Sequence record: NZ_CP041047.1
Reading direction: 5' to 3' (one strand)
DNA from: a plasmid
DNA: 64,000 nt
Shown here: one piece after another, positions 44,515 through 54,601 of the stretch
Layout: the number at the start of each line of letters is the position of its first letter
How positions within the stretch are numbered: position 1 is the first letter of the stretch
The notes under the pieces: model-generated
Told to the model about the DNA's origin: nothing
Seen by the model: the letters and a program-made list of their open reading frames with translations, nothing else
The model's database searches: none
Made by a program: the position numbers and the translations under genes

Positions 44515-44781
44515 TTAATTCCCTGGCCCAGTTTGCCTTTCTGGTGTTCTAGTTTTTGTTTTTTGTATGAACACTCTGGGGCACTGGACCAGTAATATTC
44601 GGATCTTTTTGTTGCCTCGTTTGCTGATCCCCAACAGAGTTGTTCGACCACCGGTGCTGTACTCACGTGGAAGCAGCCCCGTTGCCGCTGCGAAGTCACG
44701 ACTACTGGCGTAGTGTTTCCCATCGCCAAGCTCAGTGGAAATAGTACTGACCGTGAGCGTTCCCACACAGGGAATGGTCAA
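44515..44781 (-). pseudogene. IS110-family transposase C-terminal fragment of the same type as the fragment at the window start
   Basis: The motif ...RDFAAATGLLPREYSTGGRTTLLGISKRGNKKIRILLVQCPRVFIQK matches the 1-290 fragment. It is fused to the truncated end of the next element. Confidence 0.6.
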
Positions 44782-45850
44782 TAGACGTTGGCCACAACAG
44801 CCTGCCAGTACCTTCTGCGCTCAACCAACATACAAACCCAACGGCTGAATGAGTCATTCCTTTTCTCAGCGCCAATAAGCACTGAAAGATCCCCCTGTAC
44901 CAAGAGCGTTCGCAGATACGAATAACCGGCTTTTGTGATCCTGCCGAGCTTCGGCTTTCCGCCGCTGCTGTATTGTGATTGCGTCAGTCCCAGCCAGGCG
45001 GCCAGTTGACGTCCATTTTTAAAATCATGTGCATTACCGATACTGGCGACCAGCGCACAGGCAGTTGTGGGGCCAACGCCCTTTAGCTCCATCAGCCGCT
45101 GACTGCGATGATCTGTTTTGGCCATGCGGGACAAAATTCGGTCATATTCAGTGATGTTAGCTTCAATGTGTTCCAGCAAATCATCAACACATTGCTGAAC
45201 CTGAAGCGGTAAAGAGCTCTTCTGCACAGAAACTATGTGGCGCAGGGCATCAGTATTTTGTGGCGCGATGACACCGAATTCAGATATCAATCCTCGCAGA
45301 CGATTATACGTTGCTGTTTTCTCTTCTATGAAACCCTGACGGGTGCGGTGTAAGCATTGCATTGCATCGCCTGCTGGCTTTCGTCCTTCACGGGTACAAA
45401 TCGCATATGTGGGCGACGAACCGCTTCACAGATAGCCTGAGCATCAGCTGCATCATTCTTCCCTGATTTGCCGGCCATGCGGTAAGTAGACACAAATTTA
45501 GCGGCCATCAGACGTGGCTCATGACCATACTGCCGAAATAACCTTGCCAAGTAGTGAGCCCCAGAGCATGCTTCCATCCCGATAACACAGGGAGGCAAAC
45601 CTGCAATGGACTCAGGAAGAGCAGCACGCGAAACTTTAGGTTTAACCAGAACAGTTCTGCCATTCTGATCAACACCGTGAACAGCAAACACATTTTTAGC
45701 AAGATCGATACCGACAGTCGTGATAGTCATAACGAATTACTCCGGGACGATGTGTACCCCATGATTGCACAAGAGTTAATCAGGCGCATAATCAGGGAAA
45801 GTCCCTTCCATTCGTTAAGATGATTTTTTGTACGGTTATGGCCCGATCAA
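44778..45850 (-). mobile_element. IS110-family element (IS4321/IS5075-like), 3'-truncated, with a frameshifted transposase
   Basis: The transposase is split into 45326-45730 (MTITTVGIDLAKNVFAVHGVD...) and 44778-45362, and it is about 80% identical to the intact copy at 51247-52269. The leader homology runs to about 45850, and the C-terminus is replaced after ...RYWQAVVA. Confidence 0.75.
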
Positions 45851-45867
45851 AGACCGAGCCGAATGGG

Positions 45868-46239
45868 TTAACTCTCACCGAAGATAATTTTCTCGAGATC
45901 CTGCAAGTCCTGCTGTGATTGCTCGTTAAGGTTGGCCTCTGTTTTGTCGTACCAGCTAAGTAACTTCTGGCCAAGTGGTGTCAAAACCGAGCCTCCACCT
46001 TTGCTGCCGCCTGTTGACGTGATGACCACGGGCTTACCTATCCCTTTGTTTAACGTATCAATCAGGAGCCACGCCCTTTTATAGGGTATACCCAAATCTT
46101 TTGCGGCGGCTGACAGGGAATGAAACCCATCTATAGCGCGCAATAGATCGATTTTACCCGGCCCCAGCGAGATGTTGTCATTAATGTAAATTCGGGGTCT
46201 GACCAAAATAAAATCAGATATAAGCGCTTTTTTATTCAT
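45868..46239 (-). CDS. ModE-N-terminal-like winged-HTH regulator
   Basis: 123 aa with LLRAIDGFHSLSAAAKDLGIPYKRAWLLIDTLN, a LysR/ModE-type HTH, located upstream of a TauE gene. Confidence 0.6.
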   Translation of the reverse strand: MNKKALISDFILVRPRIYINDNISLGPGKIDLLRAIDGFHSLSAAAKDLGIPYKRAWLLIDTLNKGIGKPVVITSTGGSKGGGSVLTPLGQKLLSWYDKTEANLNEQSQQDLQDLEKIIFGES

Positions 46240-46258
46240 CCTGATACCTTTCTCGAAA

Positions 46259-47071
46259 TTATTTTTGCCGGGTGTGTTTGAACGTTTTGATGGCGGAGAT
46301 AAGAAGGATCACCCCAAGTAAAGTCATAAGTACTTTAACCGGGAACAGGCCGACCAGAAGTCCGCCAATTGCCGCACCAATCACAGATCCGATGACCATC
46401 CATACAAACAGCGGCCTTTCTTTTTTCAGAATCTGGAAAGCATCTGCATTTGTATAACGGGAAAAACCAACAATCATTGTGGGCAGGCTAATCATCAATG
46501 ACAGGCTTCCGGCCAGTTTGATATCAACCCCGAACAGGATAACGATTGTGGGGATCAGAAGCTCACCGCCTGCCACACCGAGCAATGCTGCGACTATCCC
46601 GATAAAGAACCCTGAAATCACACCTGCAATAATTGTGGCAATACCGGGTTGAAATAACCCGCCGGAAATACTGTGCAGTGGTAGCCATGCTTCTGAGAAC
46701 ATGACGAACGACAGTAAAACAAGGAGGAGCAGAATGATTCTGTCCAGCCAGATTCTGGACATCTTAATGGCGCGGCCTGCGGCCCACCATGCCCCAATAA
46801 GACTTCCTGCCAGTAAATTCATGACAATATCAAGATGCTCTACCAACTGATCGGTGGCTATCGATTTTGTGCGGAAAATTAGAGCGATAGCGACAACAGC
46901 GAGGCTCATTGCTTTGTTAAAGATGACGGCTTCCAGGGTGGGTATTTTGAAACTACCGATCAGGACGGGAAGGCGAAACTCAGCCCCACCGAGCCCAATC
47001 AGCCCTCCTAAAGCCCCAATTACCGCGCCTGAGAAAAAACCTTTTCCATTCCTTTTTGAAACTGATGACAT
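46259..47071 (-). CDS. TauE/SafE (DUF81) family exporter
   Basis: Two repeats, LGGLIGLGGAEFRLPVL and LLGVAGGELLIPT. Confidence 0.8.
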   Translation of the reverse strand: MSSVSKRNGKGFFSGAVIGALGGLIGLGGAEFRLPVLIGSFKIPTLEAVIFNKAMSLAVVAIALIFRTKSIATDQLVEHLDIVMNLLAGSLIGAWWAAGRAIKMSRIWLDRIILLLLVLLSFVMFSEAWLPLHSISGGLFQPGIATIIAGVISGFFIGIVAALLGVAGGELLIPTIVILFGVDIKLAGSLSLMISLPTMIVGFSRYTNADAFQILKKERPLFVWMVIGSVIGAAIGGLLVGLFPVKVLMTLLGVILLISAIKTFKHTRQK

Positions 47072-47185
47072 GCATTCCTCTCTGATTCGTTATGTCATTC
47101 TTGACATAACGATGAGCATAGCATTTCAGATGATAAGTTTGATAGTACGTTGTATAGGCGGGAATTGATCCAGCTTAAAGCTGAT

Positions 47186-47827
47186 TCAATCAGTACCGGT
47201 GATTTTATTAAGCGCCTGTATCCGACAAACCTGAGAAGAACTGTAGCCGGTTGCTTCTGCTGTCTCCCGTATACTGAGTTTCTTAACCTGTCGGTAGTAC
47301 AACACCTTCTGGTGTCGTTCACTGTCTGCCTGCTTGCCCCGGTATTTACCCAGGGAATGAGCACGCTCAATTCCCTGTTGCTGTCGCTGGCGACGACTCA
47401 GCCAGTCCTTATGCGACATTGCGGCCATCAGATCGATCAACATATTGTTGATCGCCGTGATAACTGCGCGGGTTATCGGGTCAGCCTGTGAAGGATCTTT
47501 ATCTGACAGAGCCTGCCATGAAGTTGGGACGTCAAGACTGACGATCCGCAGTTCATGTTGCTCAATCTGCTTTTTCAGCGTCATCCAGTCGCTGTTGCTC
47601 AGACGGGTCAGACGGTCTATCTGCTCGACAAGTAAAATATCATTGTGGTGACTGTCCATTAGCAGGCGTCCCAGCTCCGGGCGGTCGAGTTTTGTTCCGC
47701 TGATATTCTCCCGGTAGTAACTGGCTATTTTATACCCTCGTTCCTGAACGAACTGCTCCAGCATATCTTTTGCTCGATCGGCAAACTGATCTTCCGTCGA
47801 CGCTCTCAAATAAGCTCTGATGAACAT
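47186..47827 (-). CDS. Serine recombinase (resolvase/invertase family)
   Basis: Catalytic-Ser N-terminus (MFIRAYLRASTEDQ) and a C-terminal HTH (LSIRETAEATGYSSSQVCRI). Confidence 0.85.
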   Translation of the reverse strand: MFIRAYLRASTEDQFADRAKDMLEQFVQERGYKIASYYRENISGTKLDRPELGRLLMDSHHNDILLVEQIDRLTRLSNSDWMTLKKQIEQHELRIVSLDVPTSWQALSDKDPSQADPITRAVITAINNMLIDLMAAMSHKDWLSRRQRQQQGIERAHSLGKYRGKQADSERHQKVLYYRQVKKLSIRETAEATGYSSSQVCRIQALNKITGTD

Positions 47828-47929
47828 TTTTTCACCGCATTATCGCTTTTAGGTTATTGCATTTATTCTATCGCATATAGGTTATGTCATTCATCGTGTA
47901 CCGTCACGTTTTTATTATGGCGTCAGGGT

Positions 47930-48006
47930 GTACCCTATTGCTACAGGTAAGCCTGTTCAAAAAACAGGCTTACCGTACAATAATTCTCTATATCCAAACT
48001 GACCCC
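47930..48006 (+). repeat. Repeat element copy B (hairpin GGTAAGCCTGTT-caaaaa-AACAGGCTTACC followed by TACAATAATTCTCTATATCCAAACTGACCCC), 57 bp upstream of ecoRIIR
   Basis: The same element occurs inverted at 17077-17154, and its 3' part occurs again at 53788-53818. Confidence 0.7.
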
Positions 48007-48083
48007 TGTAACAGCCTTTCTGGCTGTTTGTATATAATTATGAAAAAATGGTGAGTAGAGTTTCAGGGTAACAGGGGATGCTT

Positions 48084-49292
48084 ATGTCGGTTTTCCACAA
48101 CTGGCTACTTGAGATCGCATGTGAGAATTACTTCGTCTACATCAAACGCCTTTCCGCCAACGATACCGGCGCAACAGGTGGTCACCAGGTAGGGCTTTAT
48201 ATCCCTTCAGGTATCGTTGAAAAACTCTTTCCGTCTATCAACCATACCCGTGAACTGAACCCTTCGGTTTTTCTCACCGCACATGTGTCATCGCATGATT
48301 GCCCTGACAGCGAAGCCCGGGCAATTTATTATAACAGCCGTCATTTTGGTAAAACCCGGAATGAAAAAAGGATTACCCGCTGGGGTAGAGGCAGCCCACT
48401 TCAGAATCCTGAAAATACAGGGGCTCTGACGCTCCTGGCTTTCAAGCTTGATGAGCAAGGGGGGGACTGTAAGGAAGTAAATATTTGGGTATGCGCCAGC
48501 ACTGATGAAGAGGACGTCATTGAGACCGCTATTGGTGAAGTTATACCCGGAGCGCTTATATCCGGCCCCGCAGGACAGATTCTAGGCGGACTATCTCTAC
48601 AGCAAGCGCCAGTAAATCATAAATATATTCTACCTGAAGACTGGCACCTGCGCTTTCCGTCGGGAAGTGAAATTATTCAGTATGCAGCCAGCCATTATGT
48701 GAAAAATTCCCTTGATCCGGATGAGCAACTTCTTGACCGCCGGCGCGTGGAGTACGACATATTTCTATTGGTTGAGGAACTGCATGTTCTGGATATCATC
48801 CGGAAAGGATTTGGCTCTGTGGATGAATTTATTGCGCTGGCCAATTCTGTCAGCAATCGCCGTAAATCCAGAGCCGGGAAGTCGCTGGAACTGCACCTGG
48901 AGCATCTATTCATTGAGCACGGCCTGCGACACTTTGCGACGCAGGCCATCACAGAAGGTAATAAAAAACCCGATTTCCTTTTCCCTTCCGCAGGGGCTTA
49001 CCACGATACTGAGTTTCCCGTAGAAAATCTGCGCATGCTGGCAGTCAAGACTACCTGTAAGGATCGCTGGCGTCAGATACTGAATGAGGCTGATAAAATT
49101 CATCAGGTGCATCTGTTTACACTCCAGGAGGGAGTTTCTCTGGCTCAATATCGGGAGATGCGGGAGTCGGGTGTCAGATTGGTCGTGCCATCATCTCTGC
49201 ACAAAAAATACCCGGAGGCGGTGAGAGCTGAGCTAATGACGCTAGGTGCGTTTATTGCTGAGCTGACAGGGCTTTACGCAGATATTCCATAG
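48084..49292 (+). CDS. ecoRIIR: EcoRII restriction endonuclease (CCWGG)
   Basis: The translation is essentially identical to R.EcoRII (MSVFHNWLLEIACENYFVYIKRLSANDTGATGGHQVGLY...). Confidence 0.95.
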   Translation: MSVFHNWLLEIACENYFVYIKRLSANDTGATGGHQVGLYIPSGIVEKLFPSINHTRELNPSVFLTAHVSSHDCPDSEARAIYYNSRHFGKTRNEKRITRWGRGSPLQNPENTGALTLLAFKLDEQGGDCKEVNIWVCASTDEEDVIETAIGEVIPGALISGPAGQILGGLSLQQAPVNHKYILPEDWHLRFPSGSEIIQYAASHYVKNSLDPDEQLLDRRRVEYDIFLLVEELHVLDIIRKGFGSVDEFIALANSVSNRRKSRAGKSLELHLEHLFIEHGLRHFATQAITEGNKKPDFLFPSAGAYHDTEFPVENLRMLAVKTTCKDRWRQILNEADKIHQVHLFTLQEGVSLAQYREMRESGVRLVVPSSLHKKYPEAVRAELMTLGAFIAELTGLYADIP

Positions 49293-49325
49293 ATTATCTC
49301 CCGGCATAAATACCGGGAGGAGCGA

Positions 49326-50759
49326 TCAGATTCGTTCAACCTTGCACGAATCGGCATTAACCGCTTTCAGGATATAAGGTTCAAGCAGTTTGGCTACGGC
49401 TTCAAACACGGGCACCACTACGGAGTTACCGAACTGCCTGTACGACTGAGTGTCTGACACAGGAATGCGAAAAGGCCTGCCATCTACTTTTTCAAAACCC
49501 ATAAGGCGCGCGCACTCTCGTGGAGTCAGCCTGCGGGGCCGATGCGCCTGATTTTCTTCGTTCGCGAAGTCTGTTTCACCTGTGGCCATATCCCAGCCAC
49601 GGTCTATCAGAATTTCAGACCCGTCTTTGTGATAGCGAGCAGAAAGCGTACGGGCAATGCTTTCTTTATTTTCAGGATTAACGAGGCCAAAACCGAATCC
49701 GTTACCCTTAGCTGCGTGCTTTTTGGCGTAGTTATAGAGATACTCCCAGAGTTTCGACGTCAGTATATATTTGCTGTCAACCACGGGTTCCAGCAGTTCG
49801 CCAAATGACGGACGCTGTTCCGGATAAAAACGACTAATATCGCGCAGGGTAAAGCCCTGGTGAATGTTCAGATCACGACGGAAACCGACCAAAACGATAC
49901 GTTCTCGGTGCTGAGGTAAAAAGTGCTTTCCGTCGATAACTTTAGGATCGTTTTTGCCCATCTCAGCTGCATCCGCAACTTCATAGCCCAGTTCGTCGAG
50001 GGTATCCATGATGACTTTAAAGGTTTTACCCTTGTCATGGCTCTTCAGGTTTTTAACGTTTTCAAGAACAAAGATGGCAGGTTTTTTTGCGCGGATAATA
50101 CGCGCCACATCGAAGAAAAGCGTTCCCTGAGCCTCACATTCGAAACCATGCGCGCGCCCGAGCGAGTTTTTCTTGCTTACGCCCGCAAGGCTGAACGGTT
50201 GACAGGGGAAACCTGCTAGAAGTACATCATGATCCGGCACATGCTCATTAATGTAAGCATAGGCATCGTTTTCAGGTACTTCAGGTTTATCACTGAGCGT
50301 GACTTCCCGAATATCGAGATTGAAAGTGTGTTCCTGAGCATCGTTAAACCAGTTAGCTTTATATGTGCGCACAGCCTCTTTATTCCATTCACTGGTAAAA
50401 ACGCACTGGCCACCGATGGTTTCGAAGCCCTTCCGTATACCTCCAATCCCAGCAAACAGGTCAATAAACCGGAAGGCATAGTCAGGGTGATGTGCAGGCG
50501 CTTCCGGAAGCATTTTTCGTAGAAGTTCCTCTTCGGCTAACGTCAGCGCCTTAGGTGAGCACTTACCATTAATCCAGCGATTAAGAGTCTCGCGACTCCA
50601 CTCATTTTTACCAACTTTTCTAAGCAGTTCAGCCACGTACTTCTGGTCATAGATTTCCAGCACCTGCCCGAGCAGCTTTTTATCATTTTCCTGTCGCAGT
50701 TGTTCTTCCGCTTCTGCTTTCTCAAGCAGATCCTGCGCCAGTAATTCAAATTCAGACAT
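49326..50759 (-). CDS. ecoRIIM: EcoRII C5-cytosine methyltransferase (Dcm-type)
   Basis: The sequence matches M.EcoRII ([14 protein letters not shown]...) and carries motif I FAGIGG and the catalytic PCQ (GFPCQPFS). The ORF-track start at 50801 is 14 codons upstream. Confidence 0.95.
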   Translation of the reverse strand: MSEFELLAQDLLEKAEAEEQLRQENDKKLLGQVLEIYDQKYVAELLRKVGKNEWSRETLNRWINGKCSPKALTLAEEELLRKMLPEAPAHHPDYAFRFIDLFAGIGGIRKGFETIGGQCVFTSEWNKEAVRTYKANWFNDAQEHTFNLDIREVTLSDKPEVPENDAYAYINEHVPDHDVLLAGFPCQPFSLAGVSKKNSLGRAHGFECEAQGTLFFDVARIIRAKKPAIFVLENVKNLKSHDKGKTFKVIMDTLDELGYEVADAAEMGKNDPKVIDGKHFLPQHRERIVLVGFRRDLNIHQGFTLRDISRFYPEQRPSFGELLEPVVDSKYILTSKLWEYLYNYAKKHAAKGNGFGFGLVNPENKESIARTLSARYHKDGSEILIDRGWDMATGETDFANEENQAHRPRRLTPRECARLMGFEKVDGRPFRIPVSDTQSYRQFGNSVVVPVFEAVAKLLEPYILKAVNADSCKVERI

Positions 50760-50862
50760 ATTGCCTCCATTGGGTCTTATGGGTGAAACTGTATCACTCA
50801 TTTGACCCAGATTGAATGTTTTTATCTGGATATTTAAACAGGTTTATTGTTAGGTAACGCAC

Positions 50863-51085
50863 GTTGGCCACGCTGGAGCGTCTTCTGGGCCTGCTGTCGG
50901 CCTTTGAGGTCGTGGTATGGATGACGGATGGCTGGCCGCTGTATGAACCCCGCCTGAAGGGAAAGCTGCACGTTATCAGCAAGCGTTACACTCAGCGCAT
51001 TGAGTGACATAACCTGAATCTGAGACAACATCTGGCAAGGCTGGGACGGAAGTCACTGTCGTTCTCAAAATCGGTGGAGCTGCAT
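50863..51085 (+). mobile_element. IS1-variant 3' fragment (InsB C-terminus)
   Basis: It encodes ...[59 protein letters not shown], a divergent IS1 InsB C-terminus, with no terminal IR. Confidence 0.6.
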
Positions 51086-51159
51086 GACATGACTCTGAGG
51101 TGTCTGTTAAACCCGTGGCGATTCAAAGCGGACCGTCATACCTGCTTTAGTCACTGGCT

Positions 51160-52443
51160 TAGCGAATGGAAGGGACTTCCCCTGGATATGCGCCTGGTTA
51201 ACTTTCATGCAATCATGGGATAAACATTGACCCAGAGGGATTCGTTATGACCATCACCACTGTCGGTATCGATCTTGCTAAAAATGTGTTTGCTGTTCAC
51301 TGCGTTGACCAAAATGGTAAAGCAGTTCTGGTTAAACCCAAGGTGTCGCGTGCAGCACTTTCTGAACTCATCGCTGGTTTACCTCCCTGTGTCATTGGAA
51401 TGGAAGCCTGCTCGGGTGCCCACTATTGGGCAAGATTATTCAGGCAGTATGGCCATGATGTCCGGTTGATGGCACCGAAATTTGTCTCACCCTATCGCAT
51501 GGCGGGTAAGACCGGGAAAAATGATGCAGCTGATGCAATAGCTATTTGTGAGGCTGTGCAGCGGCCGCACATGCGCTTTGTACCCGTCAAAGACGAAAGC
51601 CAGCAGGCAATGCAATGCTTACATAGGACAAGACAGGGATTTATTCAGGAAAGAACAGCGACGTATAACCGTCTTCGGGGGTTGGTATCTGAATTCGGGG
51701 TTATTGCCCCACAAAGCACTGATGCTCTGCGTCATGCTGTTTCTGACCAGAAGGAAACTCTGCCAGTACAGGTCAGGCTGTGCATTGATGATCTATTAGC
51801 ACATGTCACTAATATTGAAGAGAAAATCGCCGAATATGACAGGGTGTTATCTCGTGTTGCCAAAACAGATCATCGCAGCCAGCAGTTAATGGAACTGAAA
51901 GGTATTGGGCCCACAACGGCGAGTGCGCTGGTCGCCAGTATTGGCAATGCCCATGATTTTAAGAACGGGCGCCAACTGGCAGCCTGGTTGGGGCTAACGC
52001 CATCACAATACAGTAGTGGCGGAAAATCAAAGCTTGGCAGGATAACAAAAGCGGGTGATGCCTACCTGCGAACCCTGCTGGTCCAGGGAGCCCGTTCTGT
52101 TATGGTAGGGGCAGAGAATAGAACGGACTCGTTTAGCCGTTGGGTCTGCTCGTTGATTGGTAGGCGGGGATACTGGCGTGCTGTCGTTGCAATCGCCGCC
52201 AAGAATGCGAGGTTGTGCTGGGCATCATTACATTACGGCGATGACTTCAGACTGTATTCAACAACGTGAAAAATTAAACTGAGTAGTAACTGAACTGTAA
52301 CTCGTTGATGGTAAAGGGTTAGACCCCCGTGAGAAGTATCTGCATATCCTACTGGATATCACTATCCGATTAACGAAGGAGGATCTCACGAGCGTCTTTC
52401 ATCAGGGTCCGAATCAATAGCGATTCAGCGTGACCGTTTATAG
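51160..52443 (+). mobile_element. IS110-family element (IS4321/IS5075-like) with an intact transposase, immediately abutted by IS26
   Basis: The transposase is at 51247-52269 (340 aa, MTITTVGIDLAKNVFAVHCVD..., DEDD-type). The leader and 3' UTR are homologous to the other copies. Confidence 0.8.
51247..52269 (+). CDS. IS110-family transposase
   Basis: Full-length 340 aa with conserved N-terminal RuvC-like motifs. Confidence 0.85.
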   Translation: MTITTVGIDLAKNVFAVHCVDQNGKAVLVKPKVSRAALSELIAGLPPCVIGMEACSGAHYWARLFRQYGHDVRLMAPKFVSPYRMAGKTGKNDAADAIAICEAVQRPHMRFVPVKDESQQAMQCLHRTRQGFIQERTATYNRLRGLVSEFGVIAPQSTDALRHAVSDQKETLPVQVRLCIDDLLAHVTNIEEKIAEYDRVLSRVAKTDHRSQQLMELKGIGPTTASALVASIGNAHDFKNGRQLAAWLGLTPSQYSSGGKSKLGRITKAGDAYLRTLLVQGARSVMVGAENRTDSFSRWVCSLIGRRGYWRAVVAIAAKNARLCWASLHYGDDFRLYSTT

Positions 52444-53263
52444 GGCACTGTTGCAAAGTTAGCGATGAGGCAGCCTTTTGTCTTATTCAAAGGCCTTACA
52501 TTTCAAAAACTCTGCTTACCAGGCGCATTTCGCCCAGGGGATCACCATAATAAAATGCTGAGGCCTGGCCTTTGCGTAGTGCACGCATCACCTCAATACC
52601 TTTGATGGTGGCGTAAGCCGTCTTCATGGATTTAAATCCCAGCGTGGCGCCGATTATCCGTTTCAGTTTGCCATGATCGCATTCAATCACGTTGTTCCGG
52701 TACTTAATCTGTCGGTGTTCAACGTCAGACGGGCACCGGCCTTCGCGTTTGAGCAGAGCAAGCGCGCGACCATAGGCGGGCGCTTTATCCGTGTTGATGA
52801 ATCGCGGGATCTGCCACTTCTTCACGTTGTTGAGGATTTTACCCAGAAACCGGTATGCAGCTTTGCTGTTACGACGGGAGGAGAGATAAAAATCGACAGT
52901 GCGGCCCCGGCTGTCGACGGCCCGGTACAGATACGCCCAGCGGCCATTGACCTTCACGTAGGTTTCATCCATGTGCCACGGGCAAAGATCGGAAGGGTTA
53001 CGCCAGTACCAGCGCAGCCGTTTTTCCATTTCAGGCGCATAACGCTGAACCCAGCGGTAAATCGTGGAGTGATCGACATTCACTCCGCGTTCAGCCAGCA
53101 TCTCCTGCAGCTCACGGTAACTGATGCCGTATTTGCAGTACCAGCGTACGGCCCACAGAATGATGTCACGCTGAAAATGCCGGCCTTTGAATGGGTTCAT
53201 GTGCAGCTCCATCAGCAAAAGGGGATGATAAGTTTATCACCACCGACTATTTGCAACAGTGCC
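52444..53263 (-). mobile_element. IS26 (complete, 820 bp)
   Basis: Both IRs are present, and tnp is at 52496-53200. Confidence 0.95.
52496..53200 (-). CDS. tnpA: IS26 transposase Tnp26
   Basis: Identical to the other Tnp26 copies. Confidence 0.95.
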   Translation of the reverse strand: MNPFKGRHFQRDIILWAVRWYCKYGISYRELQEMLAERGVNVDHSTIYRWVQRYAPEMEKRLRWYWRNPSDLCPWHMDETYVKVNGRWAYLYRAVDSRGRTVDFYLSSRRNSKAAYRFLGKILNNVKKWQIPRFINTDKAPAYGRALALLKREGRCPSDVEHRQIKYRNNVIECDHGKLKRIIGATLGFKSMKTAYATIKGIEVMRALRKGQASAFYYGDPLGEMRLVSRVFEM

Positions 53264-53700
53264 CAATACAGCAGCGGGGGAAAGTCGAAACTCGGCAGGA
53301 TCACAAAAGCCGGTGATTCGTATCTGCGAACGCTTCTGGTTCAGGGGGCTCGTTCAGTGCTTATTGGCGCCGGGAAAAGGACTGACTCATTCAGCCGTTG
53401 GGTTTGTATGTTGGTTGAGCGCAGAGGGTACTGGCGGGCTGTTGTGGCCATCGCCGCCAAAAATGCGCGGCTGTGTTGGGCATCACTACATTACGGTGAT
53501 GATTTCCGGCTGTACTCAGTCAACTAAAGCTCGAAGCTGTATAACCATCTGACCTGCAATTCGTTGATGATAAAGGGTTAGACCCCGTGAGGCCTATCTG
53601 GCTATTGTACAGGATATACGTATCCGCTTAACGAACAAGAACCTCACGCGCGTCTTTCATCAGGGCCCGAATCGATGACGATTCATCATGGCCGTTTATA
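53264..53700 (+). mobile_element. 3' fragment of a second, different IS5075-like copy (last ~88 codons plus 3' UTR)
   Basis: The C-terminus ...GDSYLRTLLVQGARSVLIGAGKRTDSF...DDFRLYSVN* differs from the intact copy (…SVMVGAENRTDSF…LYSTT*), and the 3' UTR is homologous to 52270-52443. Confidence 0.75.
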
Positions 53701-53787
53701 GTACCGCAGTCTCTCCCCTTTATTTTTACTGAAGAGCAGACAGAAACCATAAATACCGGCTTTGACATGCCGGGGAAGTCCTTATAG

Positions 53788-53818
53788 TACAATAATTTTC
53801 GATATCCAAACTGACCCC
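53788..53818 (+). repeat. Repeat element copy C (partial: TACAATAATTTTCGATATCCAAACTGACCCC)
   Basis: 28 of 31 positions match copy B. The copy is flanked by GTCCTTA...TAAGGAC. Confidence 0.6.
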
Positions 53819-53883
53819 AAGTAAGGACGGTCGCGCCTGTGGTGGTTTTATCTCCGTGGAGCGCCTGGCCCCGGCCATAATTG

Positions 53884-54387
53884 TTAGTTCGATACCCCAT
53901 GAGTCACGCCTCCGGGTATTGCCAGAAAGTCGGGGGCTTCAGCCATACCTTTGCGCGATAACAGCACTAATCTGTCCTGCGGGGTCGAGACAATTTCATC
54001 CCCGTTATCCAGTACGCTGCCCACCAGCGCGAGCCCTTTCTCGAAGTGTGTAGCTTTCTGGCCAGCGCTTGAAACAATCCGTGCAGATGAACCATCGGTA
54101 TAAGTGACTGCATCACCCTCCACTGCGATTTTGACCATTTGACCGTTGCCTAGATCCATAACCCTGGCGCTATCAACAGCGGTTACGACACCACCTCGCG
54201 CAGTCAGGCTTCCCTCGACCGCAACACGCCAGATTGCTGTTACCGGGTGTTGGCGATCCCTTTCAGCGTTCTGCTCAATAATTTGTCGAGCATCCACATC
54301 CATTGCGGCCAGATCAGCGTCAGAGAAAGGGGATTTGTCAAAGTCGGCCAGCATTTGTTGAGTTGCTTCATTTGTAAACTGCTTCAT
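53884..54387 (-). CDS. Hypothetical protein (helical N-terminus, Gly-rich beta-type C-terminal region)
   Basis: 167 aa ORF with a plausible start. A truncated follow-on ORF (about 53750-53900, MGYRTNNYGRGQALHGDKTTTGATV...) runs into IS-derived sequence. Confidence 0.3.
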   Translation of the reverse strand: MKQFTNEATQQMLADFDKSPFSDADLAAMDVDARQIIEQNAERDRQHPVTAIWRVAVEGSLTARGGVVTAVDSARVMDLGNGQMVKIAVEGDAVTYTDGSSARIVSSAGQKATHFEKGLALVGSVLDNGDEIVSTPQDRLVLLSRKGMAEAPDFLAIPGGVTHGVSN

Positions 54388-54601
54388 CGTTATTACTCCT
54401 TATAAAATGTACGGATAAATTCCGAATTGTATACGAAGTAAGCACGAGTAAATTCTGAAAATGAACTGAGGAATCATATGGTTGCAATTTGTTATGTGCA
54501 GTTACCCACTTCTGGACAAGTGATAAGAAAAACCTGAAGAGTGATAGCGGAAAATAACTTTCGGAAAAGGAGGTGCGAAAATTCCTGGCTCCTGTCTATA
54601 A

